Counted from the stretch's first letter, positions 1 to 13,295 are shown. The stretch: DNA of 64,000 nt from Eledone cirrhosa (GCA_964016885.1 OZ024740.1:358980001-359044000), one strand, 5' to 3'. Notes: generated by a model from the letters alone, not told the origin. Numbers and translations are program-made.

Positions 1-177
1 GCCATTCTGGTGCACTTCTTTCCATTCGATTATTGATCCTAGGTCTGAATTGTTTGATCAAGAGATCTCCCTTAATTCTCAGCGTGCCTATACTGCGTTT
101 AGTAGCTAAGACTGTGGAGGTAATGTTGTCCCGGTTTCCGCATTTGATGATGTGTTTGCAGAAGAAGAGTTGGTGTT
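1..177 (-). mobile_element. Penelope-like element fragment, C-terminus of GIY-YIG endonuclease
   Basis: The minus strand translates as KHIIKCGNRDNITSTVLATKRSIGTLRIKGDLLIKQFRPRINNRMERS, homologous to the end of the PLE ORF near 51.0-51.1 kb (KHIDKCGNKD...ILATERNVGTLRINEALFIKRLQP). Confidence 0.8.
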
Positions 178-202
178 AACACACACACACATATATATAT
201 AC

Positions 203-249
<47 letters not shown>

Positions 250-251
<2 letters not shown>

Positions 252-652
252 AAAGTTAAACAAGGTTCAATGAATAAATCAAAGAATGAGTTTTAAAATA
301 GATTGGAAGCACTCAACAGTAATGGTTTTCCAGAGTTATTAATATTAATTAAAAATATTAACAAAATAGATATTCTTGTGATCAAGTATATTTTATTATA
401 CATATTTCAGAGGTACTGAGTTAAGTTCAACAGTACGTCCTCATCACATAAAATAAGATGATGCGACATACCCTGACATAGTAGATGGTTAAGATTCAGT
501 CATGGTATTAACCATCTACTATGTCAGGGTATGTCATGCATCATCTTATTTTATCTGATGAGGACTTACTGTTGAACTTAACTCAGTATCTCTGAAATAT
601 GTATAATAAAATATACTTGATCACAAGAATATCGATTTTGTTAATATTTTGA
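250..652. mobile_element. Fold-back mini-element between (TA)n tracts: about 140-bp arms plus a unique tail
   Basis: 352-492 is the near-perfect reverse complement of 508-650, with a loop at 493-507. (TA)n flanks both sides, the tail is 250-350, and the arms contain a hammerhead motif. Confidence 0.85.
547..613 (+). ncRNA. Type I hammerhead ribozyme motif
   Basis: tattttat-CTGATGA-[stem II with tactg/cagta]-GAAA-t-atgt-a-TA-ataaaata. Stem I is 8 bp and both core boxes are intact; the base of stem II is imperfect. Confidence 0.7.
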
Positions 653-670
653 ATATATATATATATATAT

Positions 671-711
<41 letters not shown>

Positions 712-1279
712 ACAAATTCAGAATAGATTTTCTAAATCAATTAATACTTTACAATTCTTTCAAAACAGCAGCAAAACTATACTAATGCCATGCCAGGAAA
801 ATATTATAGAATAAAATATAAAGTAAAACACTGTATATATTGAACATAGCTAAGTATCACCTGATAAAATTTAATTAAAAATGTAAAATTCCTGAAAACA
901 TTTTCTCTCCCCTCAGGCTTGCTTTCGTACTAATTAATACCTGTCTAGAGGTATTGCAATTACTGATATTTAGCTTTGTTTAATACATTTCTTTTCCTAT
1001 CTATTTTATTATATGTTCCTGTCATTTGTAAGATATGACAGCTGTGCTGAAATAATTGTATGGTAATATATTATATGATTTAAGAAATATAATCCATCAT
1101 CTGAATGTGTAGTATATACTCTGTGGTATATATGTCATCTTTTTCTTTTAATCTTACATGATACCTCTTCTATAATTCTATTCATGGTGATGTTAACACA
1201 TTGCGCTTAAATGTATTATTGGTGGACAATTTTAATTCTCTTTAATTAACTATGTAAATATATATATCCATATAGTTGC

Positions 1280-1963
1280 TTTTATGGGTAGACGTTGTCT
1301 GACGCAGCACTTACAGCATTATGACTGGATACTCAAACAGCTGCTAGACCTATCGAACGTAGATATGATATATCTCGACTTTGCGAAAGCCTTCGACAAG
1401 GTTGATCATGGAATGATATGTCACAAACTACGTAGCTTTGGCACAGCTGGAAAACAAGGTGAACGGCTTCATTCCTTCCTAAAAGACAGAAGCCAGGCCG
1501 TTACAGCCAATGGAGCCCTCTTAATGGAAACGTTAATAACAAGTGGCGGCCCCATGGAACCGTCAGGGGTCCACTAGTGTTTGTCGTGGGTCTCTCAGAC
1601 ATGCAATTTGTAATACGAACAGCCTCCCTCTCGACCTATGCTGATGACATAAAAGTAGCACAGGCAATGAAGAAACCGGCTGATTACAACAAGATTTAGA
1701 CGCCATATACGGATGGGCGAAAAACAATAATATACAATTTAATGCAGGTAATTTACAAGAGACATCTCGTCAGCCTACTCTCCAAGATCCTGGATGAACC
1801 CACAGCATGAGGCGAAGTTCAAATAAGAGTAGCAGAAACAAACTCCCTTTTTCGTCAATGCCCAGCCAGGGAAAGCTGACTATAGAATGTGTAGTATCAA
1901 TGGCAGTGCCCCAGCATGGCCTCAGCCCTTCGGTTAGAAAGTGTTATAGAGTAATAGAGTAAT
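1280..1963 (+). mobile_element. Degraded CR1/L2-group LINE 3' fragment (RT plus 3' tail)
   Basis: ORF 1284-1577 contains YLDFAKAFDKVDHG, with YADD downstream (tatgctgatgac near 1637). It ends in gtgccccagcatggcc...agagtaa repeats; an isolated copy of the same tail lies at 2138-2197. Confidence 0.8.
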
Positions 1964-2444
1964 ATATATATTTGTGTGTGTTCGCGCGCGCGAGTGTGTG
2001 TGTGTGTCAGTGTGTGTGTGTTTATTAAGAGCAGTATAGACATTTTATATGGATATATGAATTATTAGTTAGATAGATGGGCAAAAACAAAATTCGGATG
2101 GTGCTCAATATTAAATGTGAAGAAAACAGAAATACTTGGTGGTGTCCCAGCATTGCCTCAGCCGGATTGCTGGAACAGGTAACAGAGTAAAAGAGTATAT
2201 ATATAAATGTAAATCTGAGTTTTTTTTAGTATTAATAATAATATTTGACTCGTTTGCCTCTTAAGCCATGTCAGTAGAGTGAACCCGCAATTCTTGCTCT
2301 TGTGTTGGCATAGAAACAGAATGGCAGACACTAATGATTTACATTTCTTGTATTCAGCCATGTAGAGTGGTAAAACCATTTGTTACTTATTTGAGTATGG
2401 CAAAGCCGGCCATTAATCGCTCTTATACAGAAAACTGACTGGCC

Positions 2445-2540
2445 TATCTGCTGATATGCAAATCTGGCTGATCAGTGAGTCTGCTAATATGAGGATCTGA
2501 TTGATCAGGCAGTCTGCTAATGTGCAAATCAGGCCGGTCA
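2445..2540. repeat. 33-bp minisatellite, about 3 units
   Basis: tctgctRatRtg...gatcag repeated with a 33-bp period; this explains the PDLHISR repeats in the spurious ORF 2444-2632. Confidence 0.8.
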
Positions 2541-2598
2541 CTCACTGTATATCCCAGAAAATATATATTTTCACTAGCTCTGACAGTTGGCAGGTAAA

Positions 2599-2641
2599 CA
2601 GGTACTGATGAAGGGTAATCAACCAGAAACATTAGTATCTG
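2599..2641 (+). ncRNA. Hammerhead ribozyme-like motif with imperfect stems
   Basis: caggta-CTGATGA-agggtaatcaacca-GAAA-c-atta-g-TA-tctg. The core boxes are intact, but stem I needs a 2-nt bulge and stem II has only ggt/acc. Confidence 0.5.
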
Positions 2642-2739
2642 ATGTTCTGTGTGTATGCCAAAACAAGAGCAAGAATGACGGGATCATTCTACTGATATGG
2701 CTTAAGAGGCTGTTTGCATAATTGCAAACGAATCGAATA

Positions 2740-2919
2740 TCTATATATTACTAAAACTATGTGATTGCTTGCTTGCTTGTCTGTAATGTAATACAGCCAA
2801 AAGGGCGCATAATGGGGAAAGAAGTTGACCCGGAAATGGGGATGCAAATGGAATAAAACAAGTTTCGCGTAAATAGGAGCACAAGTTCCCGAGATGTGGG
2901 GTTTTCTGGGTACCTTCAT

Positions 2920-2966
<47 letters not shown>

Positions 2967-3376
2967 GGTGGTGGTTGTGAGAGAGTAGATTGAAAGAGAG
3001 ACATAGAGAGAGGAAGAGGAGACAGAGAAGGGGAATGGAAGAGAGAGAGAGAGAGAGCTGGTGGTGTTGTTGTGTATGTATATATATATATATATATATA
3101 TGAGTGTATGTATATATATATATATATGTGTGTGTGTGTCTATGACTAGTGTTTATAGATCACATACACATACACATATATATATATGTATATACCCACA
3201 CACACACATTTATATATATACATACACACACGTATATATATGGGCCTTCCAGTTTCATTTCACAGTATGTACATGTTTGTATATATTTTATTTATTTAAA
3301 AATTATTTTTAAGTGAACATGATTTTTAAAGAATATTTTGAAGTGAACGCGACCCAACGGGTCACGGGTGGTCTAG
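2740..3376 (+). mobile_element. Non-autonomous Helitron
   Basis: Starts TC after A, with an internal (GCTT)n, a 3' hairpin cgcgaccc-aac-gggtcacg (3348-3366) and then CTAG. There is no TSD. Removing it restores the F2 sequence gaatcgaata|Ntattattaatattc, seen intact near 46120. Confidence 0.8.
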
Positions 3377-3444
3377 GTATTATTAATATTCCATATTTGC
3401 ATTTATTGTATTCAGCCATGTAGAGCGATAAAACTATTTGTTAG

Positions 3445-3583
<139 letters not shown>

Positions 3584-3593
3584 CATACATACA

Positions 3594-3632
<39 letters not shown>

Positions 3633-3635
<3 letters not shown>

Positions 3636-3829
3636 AAAAGAGTCAAGGACCCGACAGCAGAGCTCAAGCCGTTTCGACGGATATTTCAGCCCAGAAATAG
3701 CTGTCGAAACGGCTTGGGCTCTGCCGTCGTGGTCTTGACTCTTTTACTCTTACCCACTCTACTACCCATAGTATCGAGTACTCTGGTGCGTTATGGTCCA
3801 TCTGGTTCCTTACCACACATCCTTCGTTA
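3633..3829. mobile_element. Fold-back mini-element family F1, copy 1
   Basis: About 105-bp hairpin plus about 85-bp tail between (TA)n tracts; homologous to the copies at 12590, 40728 and 52541. Confidence 0.9.
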
Positions 3830-3837
3830 TATATATG

Positions 3838-3878
<41 letters not shown>

Positions 3879-4004
3879 TATATATATAGGGATAGAGAGA
3901 CAAATAGATAGATAGATAGGTAATTGTTATATTTGAGGATGGTCATATTGCCAGTATTGTTAATTCACATTAAGAATTTTGCAGAACAAATGCATATATA
4001 TATA

Positions 4005-4167
4005 TATCTAAGGCGGGTAAAATTCCCGAGATCCATGGACGAGTTCTCTCCAGCGGTCTCTGTCCCTCATTATCGCTGCCATGTCCTGCGTCTCCAACAG
4101 ACCAGTGTCTGACCTTAGGGCATCAACATACGTTAACCTTGGTCTTCCTCTTCTAGTGTGTCCATGT
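4005..4167 (-). mobile_element. RTE LINE 3'-terminal fragment
   Basis: HGHTRRGRPRLTYVDALRSDTGLLETQDMAAIMRDRDRWRELVHGSREFYPP is nearly identical to the C-terminus of the RTE at 46.2-49.5 kb. Confidence 0.92.
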
Positions 4168-4850
4168 ATATTTGAGCCAAACTTTGTATATGAAGAATAG
4201 CAGGTCAACGTTAAATCAGTACGAAAATATAATGATTTCTCCACTGAACCAAGAACTACGTGATGTTCAAGTAAGATCGACAGTCAGACGATTACATATA
4301 TAAGAACGTCATAGTATCTTGTCAGGAACGCCATCGGCAAAATTTGTTTCTTTTATGTCAATGCATTCATCTAAAGATGTAAAAGTCATTGCATTAGTAT
4401 AGAATTCATTGAAATATAATATTTGCATTTACTGAAACGTAAGTCATTACAATATCAAATCCAGCCTATAGGTTTTATTTCATAAACTATGATAGCGATG
4501 GATAGGAAAGTTCATGAGATGTTGCGAACTTGTGGCCATACAGCTGGACGTTAACAAATCAAATATATACTTGTCAAGGTTTTGTAACTGATAATGTGTA
4601 AACGTATTTGAAACCTACACCGTATAAAAGTCTATAAAACTAAACATGCATCAGTATACATACTAAACACTTAATACGTTACGTATGTATTATTAAACAA
4701 CCAAGCTGCTGCTCGAATGAATCTATTTAATGATATTAGCGCTAATACTTATATTATGTTACAGTAGAAACGAAAATGTGAAAGAAACACAATATCCCTT
4801 CAATAATCACTGTTTATACAATGTATAGATTTGATGTATATGCTCTGAAG

Positions 4851-4928
<78 letters not shown>

Positions 4929-5490
4929 TGTGTGCGTGTGTGTGTGCGTGTGTGTGTTCGTGTGTGTGTATGTGTGTGTGGTGTAGACATTGCAGATATA
5001 CCGATTCATGGGGGAATCAGTATATCTTTATTTTATAAGCTTTCTATTAACCATTTAAACTTTCTATTAACCATTTTGCGAGAGACCTAAAATTAGAATG
5101 TCAGATTTGTGTTTATAAGACTGCTTAATACGGGTCTTCTTCAACTACAACTTTAAATGCAGCTTATCATATGCATTTCTGTTATGCATAAAACACTTTA
5201 ATTCTTTCGATTGGCTCAATGGAGCTATCTCCGAAGTAATTGTATCTACGAGAACGTTATCCAGATTTTGAAATTTGAAAGCTATACGTATATTTGAATT
5301 GATAAGAGAACATTGTTATAACGTTTTCAGACCACTAATTCCCTCCCACTTACGAAATATTTATATCTAAACTAGGTATAAGACCACAAGTTCGTAAATG
5401 TGGCATATTTGTTTAAATCGACCCTAGTAACTTTAATGATGCATCAGACAGGATTTGAACTCAGAAGGCATAGTTATGTAACTAAATAAT

Positions 5491-5676
5491 TGTTTCTACT
5501 TTAGGCACAAGACAGCAATTACCCAGTGCATTACTGGTACTTTATGTTATCGACCCAGTAAGGATGAAAAGTAAAGTCAACATCGGCGAGATTTGAACTC
5601 AGATCGTAAAGGGACGTAACTATGCTGGAAAGCATGGCGTCCGACCCTCTACCGATACTGCCAATCCACTGCCATC
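5491..5676 (-). mobile_element. tRNA-derived SINE with 18-bp TSD
   Basis: A-box-like tggcagtatcgg and B-box-like gagttcaaatc on the minus strand; TSD gttatgtaactaaataat at 5473-5490 and 5677-5694. Confidence 0.9.
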
Positions 5677-5694
5677 GTTATGTAACTAAATAAT

Positions 5695-5905
5695 GGTTTG
5701 TGATTTAGGCACAATGCCAACAAATTTTTTAGGGGGGAGGGTTGATGAAATCGCATTACTGGTACTTTATTTTATCGACCCCGTTGGAATAAAAGGCAAA
5801 GCTAACCGCGGTGCGATTTGAACTCGGAACGTAAAGGGCCGTTACTCAATGCCACAAAGCATGTCATTGACTCTCCCTCCAGCTCTACTGCCAATTCACC
5901 AGCCT
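5695..5905 (-). mobile_element. tRNA-derived SINE, older variant
   Basis: Same core (ggtactttattttatcgacccc...gatttgaactc), directly adjacent to the previous copy. Confidence 0.8.
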
Positions 5906-8900
5906 TTATGTATATAACTAAATAATGAAACAAATTAACTGTATAGATTCTATCATCTACTTATTGTAATAATTATTTTTCTTCAATAAATACATAAATA
6001 AATGGCGAAATAACATCTTGTAATTACTTTATTGACTATAGAGTTTGCACTAGCCAAATGTGAGATAATAATCTCATAGTAATCTAATAAATTTCATAAA
6101 GCATGTTCCATTTTCGTCGTCTTAACGATTCATACACTATTTTAAACATTTCAGTCGTAGTTATTATTTTTAGTTTGATCTCAAATCTGTTATATAACTA
6201 AATTAAAACATATTTCAATGTATGTTAACTAGGTTTCAAGTTTAGTCAATATGATTGTCACAATGTATTAAATCCAACCTCCCAGAAATTATATTCACGT
6301 TAGAAGATATAATTTGATAACGTTTTATTCAGGAAGATATAATTTTCATTAAAATATAATATGCGTTCTTACAAAATATATATCATAAATACAAAGAAAT
6401 ATGTTATATAATTGGGAATATTTATGCAGCAAATTAATGGAATAATTAATCATTTAATTACTTTTTCTTTAATTTTACCTCCCTGTGATGAACTTTGAGC
6501 AGGATTGTAATGTCTTTGTTATAGGGATAAGAGAAATAATATGAGGTGTATATCTTTTTATTTCTTTTACTCCATAATCATTTCATTCTGTGGTATTTAT
6601 TGATTCAGAAATAAAACTACTCCGTATTTATTGCACAAATAGGTTATTATTTGATTTTGTATTTTTCCGTTATGTTCCAAATTATAACTATGATATTAAA
6701 CAAACCGTTCTTAATTTTTTTGGTTGGGGGCTAGATTATCACTTTTGTTTTAATTGCTGTTTATTCATTAATGAAATATTCACTGACGCACGCATTTATA
6801 TGGATGGTTTTTTTATCGTCAATATTCTGTTCATAGCTAACGTATTGTATCTAAAATTTATTATCCAGTGTCTTTCCTTTTTGATTTAAATGATATTTGA
6901 TTGTTAATTCTAGCAAATGGAAACAAATATTTCAAATTTAGAAAATAAATTAGATCACACACAGATGTAGCGAGAGTCGTGGAACGTCGTAAACATTGCT
7001 CTTTTTTTTTAAATTCTAGTTGAAACTATTGCAGGGGATCGTTACTCGATAACATTTGTTTTCCCTCTACTACGTTTCACTGCTTTTTAATAGACAATAT
7101 TTTGCAATTTATCTCTATTGCTAGAAATAACCGCTTGACATTTAATTTTCACATCGTACTAATTAGTAGAAAACAAAATATGTATGAAGAGCATTAATTT
7201 GACAGCCTCTTTTCTCCTCAGACAAATTTGAATGCAATGGCGACATTGTTAAGAATAAAAAAATTATCTTATATTTAAACCTTGTCGGAAACGTATCCAT
7301 AGACTCCCACACATAGAAATTGAGATTAAGAAATGCCCATCATATCCAACTATCAAAATAAGGAACAGATGTAATTACAGAAAATGTAGAATACAGTTAA
7401 TCACATTAAAGCAGATTATTCAATTATATTCATATATAGGCAGCATTTCAAACCTCCAAACCTCCTAGCATGTGTCATTAGCATTCTATTCTCCAATAAT
7501 ATCAAACGAATCTCGACAATATCTATGGATTAAGCACCATTCAACAAAATAAAGAAATATACATAACAATGCACTGACATCGTGGTTTGAAGAAATCCTG
7601 AAATACCATAGATCAACACAACCAATCTGATAGAGGCTAACGCAACAGGAAGATTCCGTTGTATACCCAGCCATTTCCTATAACTATAAGCAACTCGGTT
7701 ACCAAACTGACGTCACCGCATAATATAAAACATATGAGCGAATTTCAAAATTACATTACTTAGGTGAAAATGATCGTGTAGTCACTATCCTGAATAAGCA
7801 TAGAAAATAAGAAATAATGTGTCTAATAGAAATACTTGACTTCTATATAATCACAACGTCAAACTGACAATGACACACAACGATATTCATAACTATCTAT
7901 ATTCATTACATTGTATGTTATAAATTATATACCATATGATTCGTATCATTTTGATATCACTTTAATATTATTTTAATATCACTTTAATACATACCTTAAT
8001 ATTTTACGTCGAGCAATGTAAGCAAACGCATAGGAAGAATACATATGTATGGCCAACAGAAATAAATGCAATCTTCGTAAAATCCCATACAGTAAAGAAA
8101 CGGACATATATATTACATATATTGTAAACAAATGAATTACCGAATTTTATTTTAATGTTTTAATCTCATTGTTTCTTCGTTTGTTTTTAACATCAACTTT
8201 TAACTTTCTGTGTCTACTGTTACATATACGATTCAAATCTCGGCCTAGTTAAGTTTGTCTTTATTCTTTCCGGTCTCAATAAATACAGTACCAGTTAAGT
8301 ATTCGTGTAGATTTAATTAACTTTCCTCTTCTCAAGAATTGCCGGCACTTTGCCTAAATTAGATATCACTATTATATGCAATCCCATCTAGTTAATCTCT
8401 TCCTCGCTTTCACAAACAAACGGTTTCTCTTTAGTGTTAAGCTATATAAGTGTACATTTGACTGTAGGTGTTTCGTGCCTGGAAATACCTGCGAAAGTGA
8501 AACACATGTACATAAGTAACAATTAGTCTTATTGCTACATAAGAACGAGTTTCTATACAGTTTCCGTCAACCAATTTTCACTGATAAGCTAAGACTATCA
8601 TAGATGCCATTTGCTCAAACTGTCTGATCTAAACCGGAACCATATTTATACGAATCGAATATATAAACTATAGAGAAACAACCTTACAGTCATGTAAAGA
8701 TACATATTTTATTTATAGAACAGCATATTTCTTTAACTTTTCTGCTCTCTACACGTGTATATGTGCAAATGACTTAGTGTGTTTGTCTGAACAATTGTAT
8801 ATACATGTCTTTTCCATGTTTATGTTTGAATTAAATACCAATGTTCTATCAATCTCAGATATTTTTCTCCTGGTGGAGATTTCATTCTTTTATTTTATAT

Positions 8901-11175
8901 ATATTTTTGGGGGGTGGGGTTATTTTAAAACATTTATCCTTTTAAATATATTTTGATTTAGAAATATTAAACACTCTGTGAACGCTAATATGACACGTAT
9001 TTACTCTTAATATATATTAATTTGACTTCAAAAATCAATAACACTTCTTGCATTTCTTTTATTGAAAACACGATTTTCCATTCAGAAATATTGAATGCGA
9101 GAGGGAATTTTCCGTATTTGTTTTTATCTATAGGGAATAACCAATAAGCTCTGAATACAATTGCTAAATGTATAATTCATATACATATATGTATATTTGT
9201 GTTATTTATTTTTATTTGCAATATTCACTAGTAGAAAATATGCAGCCATTTTTTCAACATTTTCTTGCTGAGCGTTAGAGAAGTTTTATATTTTTATTGT
9301 TTAGTTTGAATAACGAATTTTGAAGATACATTAAGTGCAATTTGTTGTTTGAAATAACTCAAATGTTCATGGTATCTACCTAAACGTTTGTGGAAAACAG
9401 CCAATGTTTCTATAAATCAAATGTACAAATTTAAAGCATTTGACCAAAACACTTTGTCTTTACTAATTCGAAACTTGACCGATATAATTTTGCTATAAAA
9501 CAAATCTCAAAAAATGCAAAACATTTGTCAAAGTAAACGGCCAAAAGAAATGAATTATACTGTCTTCAAAACTGGGAAATCTTTTTATTTTCCGTGACAA
9601 TTCGAAATTTCTGAACTTTCGAAAGGTTACTAAGATAGATTATTGATACGAAGGGTTTCCTTAAGTATGAAGATTAATTTTTAATCCTCATACTTAAGGG
9701 TTTTTATATTTAAATTTTTCTCCACTTTCCATTGGGATTCGCTAACTATTGCTGCTAAATTTTCAATATATTAGAAATTTTAGAGTACAGCTTTCAATAC
9801 GCTTTCACCTACTTAACTTATTTTATTCGATGTTGTGGACTTATATGAGGTGTCTTTCCTAGCGTATATACGGCAGACAGATTTCAATATTTAGAATATT
9901 TCTCCAATAGATCTTTATGCCTGAATCAAGGAAAGTTGTTATTTAGTCCCAGGTAAAGCTTTATTCGGTGGACCCTTGATCAGTGTATTCCAACCATGAG
10001 CATTTTTCTTGTTAGACGTATCTAAAACTACATTATCTAAATCATCCTATTGGATGCGATCTGTGGGAGATAATGTTTAGCTTCTATATTTAGTAATTCT
10101 GGTGACCATCTAGAAGCCCTTTGGTATTTTGCTTCTCTTGTTTTTGCCGATTAAACATTATTGAATATATTCCAGTCTATATTTATTTTAAGGTTTTGTT
10201 TTTTAAAACGAGAATGATGGATAAATCATAGACTGAGATTATTTATCTCGTTTCTAGTCCTACTCAACAAGGGTGAATTTTTTTCTACTTCTATTCAGGA
10301 AGGGTCAATAGCTCTTCTGACAATGCGCCCGCTTTTTACGTTGGGAGCGATTCATCCAATATGCTCTTCCTATTTTAAGATCGCTGTTATTTCCAGTAAT
10401 ATGCGTGAACAAATAGAAGCTACATCGCTAACCATTACTATTAAATTTTCTTCAAATATATGGATTTTGAAATTTAGATATACGTTTCCTTTGTAGTTGT
10501 CTAAAGCTGAAATCGATTTTTTTATATTTACAGACATACTCCACATACTTGACTTTTTCTAGTAATTAATATTGCTCTCAAGCAAAGATCATGAACTAAC
10601 AGACGTTGAGATCATTGGACAGTACGTTTTGCTTATTTAGTACCGCCCAAGTTCTAGTACCACCAAGGGTGTCTCTATATTTCATCTTTTGGTGGTGAAT
10701 AGAACGTGTCAGGCCTAGTTTGGCCTTCTCCTCTCCACCACAAAATAATTTCTGGAGCCATGTATTTACACTACTTTCGAGGAAGAAATGTGTTTCAGTG
10801 TTCTTTAATTTTTTGTATTTATATTTACATTTTTCTTTCTATAGCAAAACAATATCATTTAGGTTCTATAATGAATACAATACTCTTCCCTAAAATGTAT
10901 GATTAACTCTTAGTGTTTGTGCTTTTTAGTGAATATTGCCAAACTGGAAGTACTGCGTGTTTTTTAAAGGATGTACTTAGAATATCTTTAAATGTTGTTT
11001 CGTAATATTTCTTCTTTTTTATTCACCGTTTCCAAATATTTATATCTAGTATTGTCTGTTCAAAGCTGCTCTTTGATAATTCATTTGCTATTTCTACCTC
11101 TTTCGTAATATTTTTAGCCACCAACATTTGCTTTGACTGCGCATCGTCCAGTAACGAAAAAAATATATATATATT

Positions 11176-11274
<99 letters not shown>

Positions 11275-11296
11275 GTATATATATAAATATATATAT

Positions 11297-11890
11297 ACGA
11301 ACATGCCAGACGACAACACGACGGTAACATAGACAACATAGAAATTAGAATAATGTCTAAACACAGATATGACCCAGCAGATGAGCAAATCAGACAGGCC
11401 AGTGAAATAGAACTTAGAAGGCCAAGGCTAAATAGAAAAAATGAATGGAATAACAACAACACCCAAACAAACAACACTGACCTAAGAGAAGTATAAATAA
11501 ATAAATAAATAGATAAATAAATAAATACATACACAAGCACAATAACAACAAACACATATAAACACACACTAGTAAAGATAGAATACATTAACCAATACAC
11601 AGTCACCCAATCACGAACACACATCAAATAAAACACTATACACACACGAAAACGCATGCGCAAAGAAGACAAAAAATAAATAAATAAACAAATAAATAAA
11701 TATATAAACAGACTAAATAAAGATGGCGTAGAAAATACAATGCAACGGGGGGAAACAATAGCACCACTGACGATGTTGCAGATGTGCAACGAAAGAACTT
11801 TGATAGACTATATATATGTGTTTGTGTCTATATTGTATCTGTATTTTTGTCCGTTGGTCAGTCAATGGCAACATTGAGGACCGAATAAAT
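11297..11890 (+). mobile_element. Penelope-like element 3' fragment (endonuclease C-terminus plus 3' terminal repeat)
   Basis: EHARRQHDGNIDNIEIRIMSKHRYDPADEQIRQASEIELRRPRLNRKNEW resembles the PLE GIY-YIG C-terminal E..I....P.LN motif. It starts at a (TA)n tract and has a hammerhead downstream. Confidence 0.65.
11757..11811 (+). ncRNA. Minimal type I hammerhead ribozyme motif
   Basis: CTGACGA-t-gttgca(gatg)tgcaac-GAAA-g-aa-c-TT. Stem II is a perfect 6 bp; stem I is weak (ca/tg, plus distal atag/ctat). Confidence 0.65.
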
Positions 11891-11996
11891 TAAATTAACC
11901 AATATAAAAGACACAGAAGCGAAAACCAACCAAACAGTGAGTGTGTTCTGTTATTAATTCTGGCAATATTACACAAATATGACCCTCCCCAAGTAT

Positions 11997-12037
<41 letters not shown>

Positions 12038-12551
12038 TATACACATATATATATATAATCAATCAAAATTGTTTCTTTTTCGTACCTCATTTATCTTACT
12101 AGCCTGTATACTAAGTGGAAAAGTATTTTTGAATTATGCCAACTCAACGAAATGAGGATCCTAGTGGTGCCCATCCACTACTTATAACATACGCTTTTAT
12201 CATCATCGTATAATTACTAGAATCTATCCCAGTCTATGTAAACGCATCTTATTTTTAACAACCTAAATGTTTTGAAACGGTTGTATATAACGGCCTTCTT
12301 CGTCTTTAGTTTTTCTTCCTTTTCAGTGTCTCCAGTAGGGTTCATATAGAACTACGTCTGGCAGTTATTCGGTGCCTATCTCCGTCACACACACTCTCCT
12401 ATATTATTTGTAATCACAAAGTAAATGTCGCTCACTGATGCAACTGATGTCTTATAGGAATATTTCCTAATGCGTTCTCTTATGAATTCCATATGTAATT
12501 CCATATGTCCCTCGTTTTATTAAATCGAAAGTCTGTTAAACGTCGCTTAAT

Positions 12552-12589
<38 letters not shown>

Positions 12590-12784
12590 GGAAAATGTTC
12601 AAGATACCGACAGCAGAGCTCGAGCCGTTTCGACGGCTATTTCTGGACCAGAAGTAGCCGTCGAAACGGCTTGAGCTCTGCTGTCGGGGTCTTGAACATT
12701 TTCCTATTACCCACTCTACTACCCAAAGTATTGAATAGTCTGGTGCGTTATGGTCCACCTGGTTCCTTACCACACTTCCTTTGT

Positions 12785-12786
<2 letters not shown>
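12590..12786. mobile_element. Fold-back mini-element family F1, copy 2
   Basis: Hairpin ggaaaatgttcaaga...tcttgaacattttcc plus tail, flanked by (TA)n. Confidence 0.9.
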
Positions 12787-12812
<26 letters not shown>

Positions 12813-12815
<3 letters not shown>

Positions 12816-13295
12816 AGCTCATCCGTCCATTGCTTGTGGCATGTCCTCCATATTCCACTCATCATCCTCACACAGCTGTTTGATGGCGATACTGTAATAT
12901 ACCCAGATTTGAATGTCGAATCTTTGGTGTTCATAACAACACATCACTGACAATTCTATTTCTTATTTTGTTCTCTCAACACCAGTTTTGCGAGACACTG
13001 CTGGAGAGCAAAGAAATAGAATCTGGTTCGTCTCTTCTGAATGGTATGAGTAAGAGATTGCAAGTAGACGGCCGTAAATTTGCTTACTTGTAGGGTACAG
13101 CTTCTAGGGTATGTTTAAAATCGCTCTCAGTATCCGTAGGTACATTCCATCAAGTTCCTTCTTGAGTCGCTTAGTCAGTGGTGCCCACGTAGTAAACCCA
13201 TACGGCAGTAGTGACTCTACTGTCACTTGGAATAATTTGGGTTTCACTTGTAATCAGTTTCTTGTATATCAAACATTCCAATCCGTCTTAAATTC
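12813..13295 (-). mobile_element. Degraded RTE LINE 3' fragment
   Basis: The minus strand reads roughly KLFQVTVESLLPYG..TW..LTKRLKKELDGMYLRILRAILNI, homologous to RLFIAVVESVLLYGSETWTLTKRL...DGCYTRMLRMALNI in the intact RTE. Confidence 0.75.

Larger units (their letters stand above)
2205..3443 (+). mobile_element. PLE-terminus-derived repeat family F2: two adjacent copies, the second split by a Helitron
   Basis: About 2245-2336 is an inverted copy of 2630-2710. The tail tattcagccatgtagag occurs at 2351 and 3409, and the same family recurs at 45843-46158. Confidence 0.65.

Noticed and set aside
905-955. Hammerhead-like layout on the minus strand (cctc..gtattaattagtac-GAAA-gcaagc..gagg)
   Set aside because: The CUGANGA box and UH site are not intact; at most a relic.
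7222-7316. LRR-like peptide ILYLNLVGN after a good acceptor
   Set aside because: It runs into TAG with no suitable donor; probably chance.
9659-9699. 19-bp-arm hairpin (a similar 12-bp one lies at 34402-34427)
   Set aside because: Single copy and AT-rich, with no associated motif.
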